A stretch of 63,806 bases of DNA, counting the filler. It is 6 parts of 6 records of this genome, joined end to end, with 100 filler letters (N's around TTAATTAATTAA, not from the genome) between each part and the next. Parts side by side here need not be neighbours in the genome. Positions count along the whole stretch, not along the records: positions 16,679 to 43,082 come from SRR31156797_28384; 5 more parts are not named here. One strand, given 5' to 3'. A program made the position numbers and the translations under genes. The notes beneath the pieces are model-generated. The model worked only from the letters and a program-made list of their open reading frames with translations. It searched no databases and had not been told where the DNA came from. The stretch's first letter is position 1. Every line of letters starts with the position of its first letter. Below are positions 27,605 through 37,339 of the stretch, one piece after another.

Positions 27605-29791
27605 TTATTCAACAATAATTTTTCTGGAAATGGTTGAACCCTCAATTTGAATTTTGAGGATATAAATGCCTTTGGGAAAATCAGAAACATCAACAAAAAT
27701 TTGCTGATCGCTTCCTTCGATGGGGTAGGTTAACATGGCCTGTCCGGTTAGGTTGAAGATCGAAACATTTTCTACCCTGTATTCCGGGTTTTTAGATTTA
27801 ATGGTTAAGAATTGATTTACCGGATTTGGATAGACTTTAACTAAATCAATGATTTTCGCCTTCTCACCAATGCTCAACGAAGGCGGATCCCCTTTTTTCA
27901 AAAGGCCGATTCCCCCGGGAAATTCTCCGGTAACAAATTCCAGATTACCATCATCATTGATGTCAGCCCCGTGAATGCTCAGGTTGATGGCGAACATATA
28001 GATCGAATCAACAGCAGTGAATTCCCCATTCAGGTTTCCGTCAATATCATTAAACAGATAGAGTTTGCCCTGCTCCGAACCCACATACAAAATGCCCTTG
28101 CCCAGGCTGTCAGAGGTTAAAAAAGGTGCGCTGTAACCTGTGCAACATTCGGGCATCACATCCACACCACCAAATTCCTCAACCCTAGGATTCTCTGAAA
28201 AAGTTGCTTGTTCGGATGTGCCGGAATTTTTAAAATAGTTTACCGTACCGCTTCGTTCGCCCACCAAAAGGTCCAGGAGGCCGTCACGGTTCACGTCAAC
28301 GATTTGCGGTTTGGCTGATTGCCCTACATCGATGTCGAAATAAAAAGCTTCCGCCAGGGTGAAATCTGCCGGGCTTCCGGCGCCGCCATCGTTCCTGAAA
28401 TAGTGTAGGCTGCCGTCTTCATCCCCGGTGATCATGTCTTCGTCCCCGTCACCATCCAAATCCCCAAAGGTCGGATAAATGCCGTTGAATCCAAGCTGCC
28501 CCAGGTCAGCATAATCATCAGTAATAACTTCAAACTCCGGGTCAGAGGCTGAACCAATATTCCGGATCAGCATCAGCCGGCTGTTGTAGTTTCCAACACT
28601 TTCAAAATATCCAAAATTGCCCACGATAATATCCTGAAGGCCGTCGCTGTTTTCATCAAAAAATGCCGGGTAGGATCGTTCACCAACATCAATCATCTGA
28701 TCGTATAAAAAGTTGTTTTTCACGAAATCGAATTCGGGAAGGGCTTCCGTTCCTTGGTTTTTATAAAACCAGGTGTTATCGTAATTTTCAGAAGTATTGG
28801 GGTTGTTGGGTGCAATGATGAGGTCTTTCAATCCGTCATTATCAACATCAATGAAAAATGGTGCCGGAAACATGGTGAGGTCAACAGGTTCAGAATTGCC
28901 CGGGAAATCATTTTCAAGGCTGATCATGCCGGCGGAGGTGGTTGTCCCACCATTGTTCAGTTTAATGAGATTAGGGAAATTGATATCGCCGATCAGCAAA
29001 TCTTTAACACCATTACCGGAAAGATCAATGGCCAAAAGGGTTGAACCCGGATGCCGTTCATCTTTTTCAGGGTCGGGAACGTTGATGTCGCAGGTATCAA
29101 AAAGGGATACTTCATTGGTGTTGGCATCCTCAATAAAATATCCCCAGCAGGTGTTTTTCAATTCAAATTCAAGTTCATCACAATTGCCATACAGTTCCAT
29201 CGACAGGTTTTTGTGGTACTCAACAGTGCTGCCCACAACGTTAAATGATAATATATCCAGGTCACCGTCTCCATCCACATCTTCGATTGATGGGATATCC
29301 GGCGGACTCACATAAACCGGTGCCGGCCCGTTAAGGCCTTCGCCCAACAGGAGTGAGGTCACTTTTGTGAATTTCAGTCCCGAGGCATTAGTATCGTTTC
29401 TGTAAACTGCAATCCCGGCCGGGACGGCAGTGAAAATGTCCTGTCGGCCATCACAGTTGTAGTCCCGCATTAGCATCCAGTTGCGCATTTCCGGGAAATA
29501 CAGGCGATAAGATGGGGCATATTTGTAAATTGTTTCATCCACTCCACCTTGATTTATAAAAGTTTTGACCGCGCCATAAAAATTTCGCTCAAAAGTTACC
29601 AGGTCAGGTTTGTCGTCATTGTTTAAATCCACTTGCGAAAATTGGGGGCAGTTGAATCCGCCAGACCAGGCATTGTTAAGTTCCTGGTTTTCCGATTTTA
29701 CCGAAACTGAATCGTAAGGAACGAGTTTTATTTGAGCATGTAAACTCAGAAAAAGAACGGTGGAAAGCAGGAAGGTGATAAAAAATTTCAT
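27605..29791 (-). CDS. T9SS-secreted FG-GAP/VCBS-repeat beta-propeller protein
   Basis: Many DxNxDGxxD calcium-binding repeats; C-terminal VYPNPV...GIYIL sorting domain. Confidence 0.88.
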   Translation of the reverse strand: MKFFITFLLSTVLFLSLHAQIKLVPYDSVSVKSENQELNNAWSGGFNCPQFSQVDLNNDDKPDLVTFERNFYGAVKTFINQGGVDETIYKYAPSYRLYFPEMRNWMLMRDYNCDGRQDIFTAVPAGIAVYRNDTNASGLKFTKVTSLLLGEGLNGPAPVYVSPPDIPSIEDVDGDGDLDILSFNVVGSTVEYHKNLSMELYGNCDELEFELKNTCWGYFIEDANTNEVSLFDTCDINVPDPEKDERHPGSTLLAIDLSGNGVKDLLIGDINFPNLIKLNNGGTTTSAGMISLENDFPGNSEPVDLTMFPAPFFIDVDNDGLKDLIIAPNNPNTSENYDNTWFYKNQGTEALPEFDFVKNNFLYDQMIDVGERSYPAFFDENSDGLQDIIVGNFGYFESVGNYNSRLMLIRNIGSASDPEFEVITDDYADLGQLGFNGIYPTFGDLDGDGDEDMITGDEDGSLHYFRNDGGAGSPADFTLAEAFYFDIDVGQSAKPQIVDVNRDGLLDLLVGERSGTVNYFKNSGTSEQATFSENPRVEEFGGVDVMPECCTGYSAPFLTSDSLGKGILYVGSEQGKLYLFNDIDGNLNGEFTAVDSIYMFAINLSIHGADINDDGNLEFVTGEFPGGIGLLKKGDPPSLSIGEKAKIIDLVKVYPNPVNQFLTIKSKNPEYRVENVSIFNLTGQAMLTYPIEGSDQQIFVDVSDFPKGIYILKIQIEGSTISRKIIVE

Positions 29792-30871
29792 CTAAAATGG
29801 GTTTGAATATTCCGGATTATTTATGAAGGTAGTATCAGTTAGTGTTTTGATGAACGCAATCAGGCTTTGTTTTTCATCATCGGTGAGTTGGATGCCTCCC
29901 TGATTTACGTTTTTCATCAACGGGTCGATGGTGGGCGAAAACTGTAGGCCCTCACTGTAAAAGTCGATCACTTCTTCGAGGGTTTCAAACCGGCCATCGT
30001 GCATGTAGGGTGCCGTAAATTCAACGTTGCGGAGTGTGGGTGTTTTAAATTTTCCGATATCATTTTCATCTCCGGTTACTTCAAAAAGGCCTTTATCCGT
30101 AAATGCTGCATCCAGGCCGTTGTTGTGAAACAAATTATCGGTGTAAAGAATGGTGGAGTGACAGTGAAAGCAATCTCCTTGTTCTGTGAAAAAAATTTCA
30201 AAGCCTTTGGTTTCTGCCTGTGTTAACTCATACTCGCCACGCAGGTATCTGTCCCATTTCGTGTCTGATGAAATCAATGTACGCTCGAACTGGGCAATGG
30301 CTTTGGCCACATACATCGAATCAATTTCACGTGTTCCAAATGCATCAAAAAACAGGTCGGGATAAGCCGGATGGTTTTTGAGCTTATCAACTGCATCGGG
30401 CCAGCTTTGGTGCATTTCGATGGGGTTAGGAACCGGCTCGAATGCCTGCTCCTCCAGGGAGCCATCACGGCCATCCCAGAAAAAGTTGTTCATCCATCCG
30501 GCATTGATGATGGCCATTGCATTTCTGGTACCCTCAATACCATCAATCCCTTCACTGAATTTACGGCCGTTGTCGGTAAACGAAAAAGCCTGATCGTGGC
30601 AACTGGCGCAGGATTGAGTGTTGTCGGCAGAAAGAACAGGGTCATAAAAAAGCATTTTACCAAGATGTACACCTTCCTCGGTCATCGGGTTGTCTTCAGG
30701 GATAATCATATCGGGAAAGCCGTTGGGAATTACAAGGTCGTAGGGTGTTGGATCCCAGGTTTCGTCTGGTTCTGGGTTTTCCCCATCATCAGTATCGCAG
30801 GAGCTGATAACAGCTGAAGTAAATATCAGCAAAACCAGGACAGAAAAAATATGTTTATAACGGATTTTCAA
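29792..30871 (-). CDS. Di-heme cytochrome c peroxidase family lipoprotein (MbnH/MauG-like)
   Basis: CASCH and CFHCH hemes; FFWDGR, FKTPTLRN, TAPYMHDG; lipobox ISS-C; start probably TTG. Confidence 0.9.
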   Translation of the reverse strand: MKIRYKHIFSVLVLLIFTSAVISSCDTDDGENPEPDETWDPTPYDLVIPNGFPDMIIPEDNPMTEEGVHLGKMLFYDPVLSADNTQSCASCHDQAFSFTDNGRKFSEGIDGIEGTRNAMAIINAGWMNNFFWDGRDGSLEEQAFEPVPNPIEMHQSWPDAVDKLKNHPAYPDLFFDAFGTREIDSMYVAKAIAQFERTLISSDTKWDRYLRGEYELTQAETKGFEIFFTEQGDCFHCHSTILYTDNLFHNNGLDAAFTDKGLFEVTGDENDIGKFKTPTLRNVEFTAPYMHDGRFETLEEVIDFYSEGLQFSPTIDPLMKNVNQGGIQLTDDEKQSLIAFIKTLTDTTFINNPEYSNPF

Positions 30872-30884
30872 GGCTGATCAAAAA

Positions 30885-31655
30885 TTACTGAATGTAAAGC
30901 GGAAATTCAACACCTCCAAATGAGAAAACGTCTTCGCCGTTGGCTTTGAGTTTGAGTTGCATCTCCTGGTTTCCCATGATACCGGTAACCGTATTCAGGT
31001 CGAGGGTATTCGGGTTTTTCCACCATTTTTCGATGTTCATCCGGATATTGACCGTCATGGAAGTTCCGGACAAAGTAAATGCTGAATTGGAGAGGATTAC
31101 CTCAAAATAATTTTGGTCGCCCATGGTTGGGCCGGTGTGCGCCTGGAAATTGTTAATGGTGCCGTTATTATCCACCTTACCCTCGAGTTTCATGTAGTGA
31201 TAACCTGTTCCCATCGCAGGAGGCCATTCCATATTGCTTTCCGGGGCGTTCGGGAAAGCGCCGGGCACATTCATTTCTTCGTCCAGGCCATAAATCATCG
31301 AAACAGATGCATATTCCCCTGATGGTAAAGTTGCAAATCCCGTTGTAGTTGTTGTTTCATCAAAGGCATCAATATAAAAAGCCTGATCGATTGTAAATCC
31401 TGAACCATCGGCCATGGTAAACTTGATCTTCGATAGGAAATATTTTAGTGTTTCAACACTGTACTCATTTCCAAAAGCGCTGGTATACATGATTTCATTA
31501 AAGGTTGCAGGGTTGCCGTCAACATAGTGTTCGAATTTAAAATTCACCATGGTTTCGGCCGGTTGCGGGTTGTCATCGTCTTTGCAGGATGAGAACGCCA
31601 GGAATATTATCGCGAGTAGTGAGAGTGTAATGAGTTTGTTTTTGAGTGAATACAT
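30885..31655 (-). CDS. MbnP-family lipoprotein (variant motif)
   Basis: Lipobox FSS-C; LKYFLS, MEW...GYHYMKLEG, HTG motifs; directly upstream of the peroxidase. Confidence 0.75.
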   Translation of the reverse strand: MYSLKNKLITLSLLAIIFLAFSSCKDDDNPQPAETMVNFKFEHYVDGNPATFNEIMYTSAFGNEYSVETLKYFLSKIKFTMADGSGFTIDQAFYIDAFDETTTTTGFATLPSGEYASVSMIYGLDEEMNVPGAFPNAPESNMEWPPAMGTGYHYMKLEGKVDNNGTINNFQAHTGPTMGDQNYFEVILSNSAFTLSGTSMTVNIRMNIEKWWKNPNTLDLNTVTGIMGNQEMQLKLKANGEDVFSFGGVEFPLYIQ

Positions 31656-31731
31656 AGGTTGTTGATTTAAAGTTATTGAATATTCAACCAGAAAAGAATA
31701 ATTCTGATTTTTAGGATCGATAATGCAAAAA

Positions 31732-32064
31732 CTATTCCCGGATAGCCTTTCTTTGAAATAAACTACCGATTCTACCGAAGAACTTTTTTTCGAAGTTCCA
31801 GAAAAACCTGAATTGCCCGAAAATAAATCCGTAAATAAGCAACAGGATATTGTAAAGCGGCAATGTGATGATGATGAAGAGCAGGGCTGAATAGTACCAG
31901 TCCAGATCAGGTGGAATATTTAACAGGTCATGTACCAGTTTTTCGGCATAAAGCACTGAAGTTCCGGTAAGTGCAAAAACAATTAAAATGATGATAACCT
32001 GCCAGGTAGATTTGATTTCCCAGCGTTGTTTGAGTTTATCAATGAATGATTTTTTATCTGACAT
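31732..32064 (-). CDS. DUF6787-like small membrane protein
   Basis: LKQRWEIKSTWQ...VFALTG...FGQFRFFWNFEKK. Confidence 0.75.
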   Translation of the reverse strand: MSDKKSFIDKLKQRWEIKSTWQVIIILIVFALTGTSVLYAEKLVHDLLNIPPDLDWYYSALLFIIITLPLYNILLLIYGFIFGQFRFFWNFEKKFFGRIGSLFQRKAIRE

Positions 32065-32215
32065 CTTTAATTTTTTCCAATGAATAACTTTGATAGTTTC
32101 TCAAACAGGAAAACTGGCGGGTTGTTTAAAACTATGTTGTTTCGGAATTTTTTTTTGGCAGTGTACTTTCAGGCTTCGGAATCCTGACAGTTCATATTTT
32201 GATTTGATTACTTTG

Positions 32216-33904
32216 CTATTTGCGGATTACCTTCTCGCTGTAAATGGTATTGCCGGCTGCACTGGTAATGTTAAAAATGTAAATGCCTGACTTAAAACCG
32301 GAAATATCCAGGTAGTTGGAAGTATTTTTCAAGGCCATGCTTGCTAAATTTTTTCCTGAAATATCTTTTACATCGAGCAGGTATCCTGACAGATCTCTTG
32401 AAGTTTCAATAAAAACCTGATTGGATGCCGGGTTCGGGTAAATGGAAATGCATTCAGAAACAGCATTTTCGATGGGATTGATTCCGGTGATTACTTCATT
32501 CATCCGGGCAATAATAATATCAATGCCCCCATATCCCGGCACCAGGGTATCGCCGAATATGGCATTTCCTGAATAATAACTGGCTGCAGTTACATGATGT
32601 TCCTGATCAACAACGAGAGGAATATCAGCGATTCCACCCAAAACATTACCGAAAATCCCGTTTGCCCATGCATATGTGTTGGTGGTAATGTTCAGCTTGG
32701 CAATGAAGGCATCAGAACGCTCGTAATTCGGGCAAACCTTTTCAAGTAGGTAATCGTCGAAATATGTTTTAGTTTTATATGAACCGGAAACAAAAAGGTC
32801 ATCACCAACAGCAGTTATCCTGTCGGGATATATAGGCGAAACCCCAATTGCAAAACTATGTGTCTGGTTACACCATTTGAATTCCCCTGCCTCATCCAAC
32901 GATAAAACATACATTTGATTTGCGCTGTTTCCCACCTGGGTAAACGTCTGATCATGATAATGAATGGTGCCGGTGAAGGATGACAATAAATAGATGTTGT
33001 TTTCCTGGTCCACACATACATCGTATGAAGAACTACTTTCTCCGTTAACGAAATTTATCCACGACACTTCCCCGTTAGGGGTCATTTTTACCAATGCCTT
33101 GTGGCCACTGCCATTGAGGTTGATGACCTGATCATCGTAATAAAAATTGCTGCCTCCAAAACCTGCAGCTACAATAATATTCATTTCCTGATCAAAGGTT
33201 ATTTTGCGACCGAAAAGGATATCCCCATCAGCATAAAATATCTTAAGCCATTGCAACTCAAAGTTTGAATCATATTTCCAGACCGGCATTTTAAAATCAT
33301 TAGATGAAATGATCAGTGTGTCCTGATTTTGATCGAAAAACATAGTATCCAGGCTTAATCCGGTAAAATATAAATTGTTTTGTTCGTCGGCTATAATATC
33401 ACCAGATCTAGATCTGTGCTGGCTAATATCAATACACTGAATAGCTTCAGGTGTGCCATCCGGGTAAAACCGGCAAATAAATCCGGTTGACTCATCACGT
33501 ATTATTGTTGTGTCTCCAAATATTAAATCACCAAAAAAGTCTCCCGTACAGACTATGTGATTGTTATTTAATACCATGAGATTGTCTGGGAAAACAATCG
33601 AATATTTTCCTTCCGTAAAAAACTCATAAGAGAATTCCAGTTCCCCGCTGTTGTTGTATTTCAGCAAGTAGGTTTGAGATTGTGTTCCGATGATACTGTC
33701 GTTCGATAACAACTCATCGGATTCAGTAAAGAGGTACATCCAAATATTACCTGCATCATCAGCATGAAAATCCCGAATTACCTGATCCTGTTGACCGCCT
33801 ATAGTCATCAACTGATCAAATTCGAGCGGGGATTGTGCAAAATTGGTTTTCGTAACTGTGGTTGCAAATAAAAGTGCTGAAAGGAGAAAGTAAATTTTTT
33901 TCAT
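32216..33904 (-). CDS. T9SS-secreted beta-propeller (SBBP-like repeat) protein
   Basis: Signal peptide; repeated D.xxNNIY.xG blades; C-terminal IYPNPA...GIYI. Confidence 0.8.
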   Translation of the reverse strand: MKKIYFLLSALLFATTVTKTNFAQSPLEFDQLMTIGGQQDQVIRDFHADDAGNIWMYLFTESDELLSNDSIIGTQSQTYLLKYNNSGELEFSYEFFTEGKYSIVFPDNLMVLNNNHIVCTGDFFGDLIFGDTTIIRDESTGFICRFYPDGTPEAIQCIDISQHRSRSGDIIADEQNNLYFTGLSLDTMFFDQNQDTLIISSNDFKMPVWKYDSNFELQWLKIFYADGDILFGRKITFDQEMNIIVAAGFGGSNFYYDDQVINLNGSGHKALVKMTPNGEVSWINFVNGESSSSYDVCVDQENNIYLLSSFTGTIHYHDQTFTQVGNSANQMYVLSLDEAGEFKWCNQTHSFAIGVSPIYPDRITAVGDDLFVSGSYKTKTYFDDYLLEKVCPNYERSDAFIAKLNITTNTYAWANGIFGNVLGGIADIPLVVDQEHHVTAASYYSGNAIFGDTLVPGYGGIDIIIARMNEVITGINPIENAVSECISIYPNPASNQVFIETSRDLSGYLLDVKDISGKNLASMALKNTSNYLDISGFKSGIYIFNITSAAGNTIYSEKVIRK

Positions 33905-34265
33905 GGTAATTAATTTTTATTAGGGAATGCAGTAATTTTTTAAAATCAGATCAATTACCTAATACAGGTATTTGATTTTTTGATGCATAAAAATACAACA
34001 GGATTGAGTTAATCTCAAAGTTTTTGTGACTAAATTTTTAGGGTAAATTTTATATCATGCTAAAAATGAAGCGCATGAAGTTTATATTTAAAGTAATTTT
34101 AAAATGGTGTTATTTGTTGGTCAGCATATGTTCCAGAGCTATTTTGACAAAATATTAAACAGAATGTACCTTACGTTTTTCATGGATTTGTAAACGCTGA
34201 CAATCTGTAATATTTAGCATGGAATGCAACAATCATCCAAACGAATCTTAAAAATTCCCGCCGGA

Positions 34266-34293
34266 TGCAACCAATTGATTTTCTTTGCATCTT
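34266..34293 (+). promoter_or_regulatory. Putative ECF-sigma autoregulatory promoter
   Basis: TGCAACC-N14-GCATCTT, ending 14 nt before the sigma ATG; the motif recurs at 39911. Confidence 0.6.
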
Positions 34294-34307
34294 CTAACTG
34301 AAAAATA

Positions 34308-34889
34308 ATGAGCGACAAAGGTTTAGCAGACAGATGCAAAGCCGGTGAAAGAGCAGCAATGCAGGAACTGTATGAGCGGTTCTACTCGCCAATGCTTGGG
34401 GTTTGTTTGCGCTACGCCGCTAATTATGCCGATGCTGAGGATTTTGTGCAGGATGGATTCATCAAGGTTTTTAACGACATACATTCTTTTAAGGGAACAG
34501 GAAGTTTAGAAGGCTGGATTCGCAGGGTGATCATCAACTCGGTGTTGATGAAACTCAGGAAAACGAAAAAAGAATTTGCCCATGATAACATGGAAACTGC
34601 GATGGATGAGGCAGTTGAGGAGCCGATGAGTGAAGATGAAAAAGAAGTTCAGAAAATAGATGTACTGGATTTCACGCAGGTTGAAGCCGTGAAAATTATC
34701 CAAACGTTACCCGAAGGTTTTCGAAAAGTATTAAACCTTTATGTGATAGATGGGTACAAGCATCGCGAAATTGCAAGGATGCTGGATATCAGTGTTGGGA
34801 CTTCAAAATCTCAACTCAACAGGGCCAGGAAACTCATGAAACAAAAACTTATTGAATACTCAAAAACTAAAACAAACGAAATTAACTAA
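34308..34889 (+). CDS. ECF RNA polymerase sigma factor
   Basis: AEDFVQDGFIKVF, GSLEGWIRR, HREIARMLDISVGTSKSQLNRAR. Confidence 0.95.
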   Translation: MSDKGLADRCKAGERAAMQELYERFYSPMLGVCLRYAANYADAEDFVQDGFIKVFNDIHSFKGTGSLEGWIRRVIINSVLMKLRKTKKEFAHDNMETAMDEAVEEPMSEDEKEVQKIDVLDFTQVEAVKIIQTLPEGFRKVLNLYVIDGYKHREIARMLDISVGTSKSQLNRARKLMKQKLIEYSKTKTNEIN

Positions 34890-34933
34890 AAATTTGCCCC
34901 GAAAGGCTTTATTAAAAGGAGACGCTGGAGAAA

Positions 34934-35524
34934 ATGAAAAATAAGGATCTGGATAAAATATTAAATCAACTGGGGGATTTCGATCCGCAGGCCAAACCCA
35001 ACTGGGAGGCTTTTATTGCGGAAAACGAAACCCACATTAACCCAGCCGGAAAAACCCCTGGGATGGATGCCGGTAAAAAAGCCTTCATAAACAGTAGTTT
35101 GCGGTATGCAGGAATTGTAGCTGTTGTCGCAATAGGATTAGTTTTAGGATGGTATTTTGCCGGAAACCCAACCGAAACGGCTCAACCCGTTGATGAGCAG
35201 TTAGCGCCACAAACCGAAATGGTAAATGAACAGTCTGCTGAGCCGGAAACAGATGTAGATGAAAGCAAAGAGCTTGCAAAGCCAGTGAAGGTTCAGGATA
35301 AAAGTGATCAAATCATTATTTCAGATCAACCTGAAATAACTGAACCGCTGCAAAATGATGTTCAGGAAACAGAAATGTTTTTTGATCCTGTGGTTCCGGC
35401 TGCTAAAGATAAAGAGTTACTTCCCGAAACGGAGCAACCCGAACAGAAAAACACCATTTTAATTAAGGATACTGTTTTTCTGAAGAAAACAATTTACGTT
35501 ACCGATACGGTAAATCGAAAATGA
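34934..35524 (+). CDS. Putative anti-sigma factor (single TM, acidic periplasmic linker)
   Basis: Follows the sigma gene; N-terminal P..NWEAF, one TM helix, low-complexity linker, C-terminal DTV repeats. Confidence 0.65.
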   Translation: MKNKDLDKILNQLGDFDPQAKPNWEAFIAENETHINPAGKTPGMDAGKKAFINSSLRYAGIVAVVAIGLVLGWYFAGNPTETAQPVDEQLAPQTEMVNEQSAEPETDVDESKELAKPVKVQDKSDQIIISDQPEITEPLQNDVQETEMFFDPVVPAAKDKELLPETEQPEQKNTILIKDTVFLKKTIYVTDTVNRK

Positions 35525-35549
35525 TTTAATTAAAGAATAATTGACAGTT

Positions 35550-35582
35550 GAGGCCGGAAATGGAAACATTTCCGGCCTTTTT
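35550..35582 (+). terminator. Intrinsic terminator
   Basis: AGGCCGGAAATG-GAAA-CATTTCCGGCCT hairpin followed by a T-run. Confidence 0.85.
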
Positions 35583-35701
35583 GTTTTTCATGATAAGGGT
35601 GTATTATTGTGACTCCTTGTTTAGGGTTTTGTGAACTTTTCTGAAAAAAAATTGATGTACATTTGTATTTGTAATGGATATCTGGAATTAGAACCTCTGC
35701 A

Positions 35702-37339
35702 ATGTGTAACAAATTCTCGGGGAAGATTTGGCTTGGTTTGGCCGGTGTAATGATTATTATGCTTTGGCCAAATGATGATATTGTCGGGAAAAACAAAGCA
35801 GGAATTGACTTTTATCGACCAAACCCCGACACAATTTATCAGATTGATACCGTGTATCAATACGAGTATGTTTACGACACCATCTACTATTACGACACAC
35901 TTCCTGAATCAGATACAACTTTTACTCTTAACGAAAGTTTTGAGGATAATGACACGGCAACCATAGTTAAAAGAACACTTGATGTGGTTATTACCGAAAA
36001 CCGAACGATCTATCTGGATAAAAATAATATTCCACAGTTTGAAGGCAGGGAATTCCGGGAAGTGGGCAATGGCAAAATTGAAGATGTGGACTTTAAGCCT
36101 CCCAACATAAAAACATCCACACCAAAAATCAAAACCAATAGTAAGATCGAACCTGATATCAGGCCACCTGATGTTGATCCGCTTTTTGTGCCCATTGAGC
36201 GAAGAAGACGTGATACACTTTACAGGTTTGATACAGTTGTTAACTATAAGTACCGGAATGATACGGTGTATTTCGAGAAAAAGGCCCGGTCGGATACCGT
36301 GATAACCAGCCGTACAACCTACGAGGACTTTGGCAGATCTGTACTGGTTAAGAAAACGGTGGATATGAAAATTACCGAACATAAAAACGTGTTTAAAGGT
36401 AAAGGTGGGCGAAAATCCGGCCCACGAAAAACTTTTGGGTCAAACAGGTCGAAACGATCTACAACGATTGTACCCTCAAAATACAGGGGGTCTTTTGATC
36501 GTACACCAAGGGTAGGGAAAGAGCACACCTACAGCGGAAATCTTAAGTTTGGTGTGGCATGGTTTCAACCCGATATTAAGTATGAGGCCAGATCTAAGGA
36601 ATATTCCGATCAAGTAGAAATAATGAATCAAAATCACCGGGGTGAAAATTCCATGGGCATGTCGTTTACTTACCAGTATTATAAAGATATTACCGGCTTT
36701 GAATCGGGATTGGCATTTTCGCAGCATAACTTTTCATGCGACCATTATTTTCAAAAGGTCGTAACTGATACATCCTATTACTGGGATTATTTTGAAAGAG
36801 AAGATTTTGTTTACGATACAACCTGGTACATCGACCTGGATCATCTGCTGCAAACCGGAGATACATTGTTGATCCCAAACATCGACAGCACTGAAATTCT
36901 GGTTCCTGACTCAACGCAAAAAATAGATGTGGATACATCGATGGTGAATATGAAAGAGAAGTTTAACTATTCATTCTCTTTTCTGGAAATTCCGTTAATC
37001 GCTCATTACAGGCTCCTGGATAAAAACTTTTACGTAGATCTGAGTGCTGGTTTCATCCCCATGTTTATGATATCCAAAACCGGGGAGTTTTCTTATCCGG
37101 ATTCTGATTTAACAGTTAATGCCGGAGATATCGAGTTTGATTATGGTTTCATGCTTTCATTTTATGGTTCCGCAGTTTTTGGCTACAAATTTGATAAACG
37201 CTGGTCGGTTTTTGTCGAACCACATATCCGCAGGAATCTTTTTTCCGTTATTCAAAATAATGATATTCAGGTTAAGATCAATTCCTGGGGAATCAAAGCA
37301 GGGATCGCATACCGGTTATTTAAAATTCAATCGAAGTGA
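35702..37339 (+). CDS. Outer-membrane beta-barrel protein with duplicated DT-rich N-terminal domain
   Basis: N-terminal hydrophobic segment; C-terminal barrel strands (FLEIPLIAHY, WSVFVEP, WGIKAGIAYRL). Confidence 0.7.
   Translation: MCNKFSGKIWLGLAGVMIIMLWPNDDIVGKNKAGIDFYRPNPDTIYQIDTVYQYEYVYDTIYYYDTLPESDTTFTLNESFEDNDTATIVKRTLDVVITENRTIYLDKNNIPQFEGREFREVGNGKIEDVDFKPPNIKTSTPKIKTNSKIEPDIRPPDVDPLFVPIERRRRDTLYRFDTVVNYKYRNDTVYFEKKARSDTVITSRTTYEDFGRSVLVKKTVDMKITEHKNVFKGKGGRKSGPRKTFGSNRSKRSTTIVPSKYRGSFDRTPRVGKEHTYSGNLKFGVAWFQPDIKYEARSKEYSDQVEIMNQNHRGENSMGMSFTYQYYKDITGFESGLAFSQHNFSCDHYFQKVVTDTSYYWDYFEREDFVYDTTWYIDLDHLLQTGDTLLIPNIDSTEILVPDSTQKIDVDTSMVNMKEKFNYSFSFLEIPLIAHYRLLDKNFYVDLSAGFIPMFMISKTGEFSYPDSDLTVNAGDIEFDYGFMLSFYGSAVFGYKFDKRWSVFVEPHIRRNLFSVIQNNDIQVKINSWGIKAGIAYRLFKIQSK

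Noticed and set aside
34225-34249. Third TGCAAC...GAATCTT promoter-like motif
   Set aside because: Spacer of 11 nt and mismatches in both boxes compared with the other two copies.
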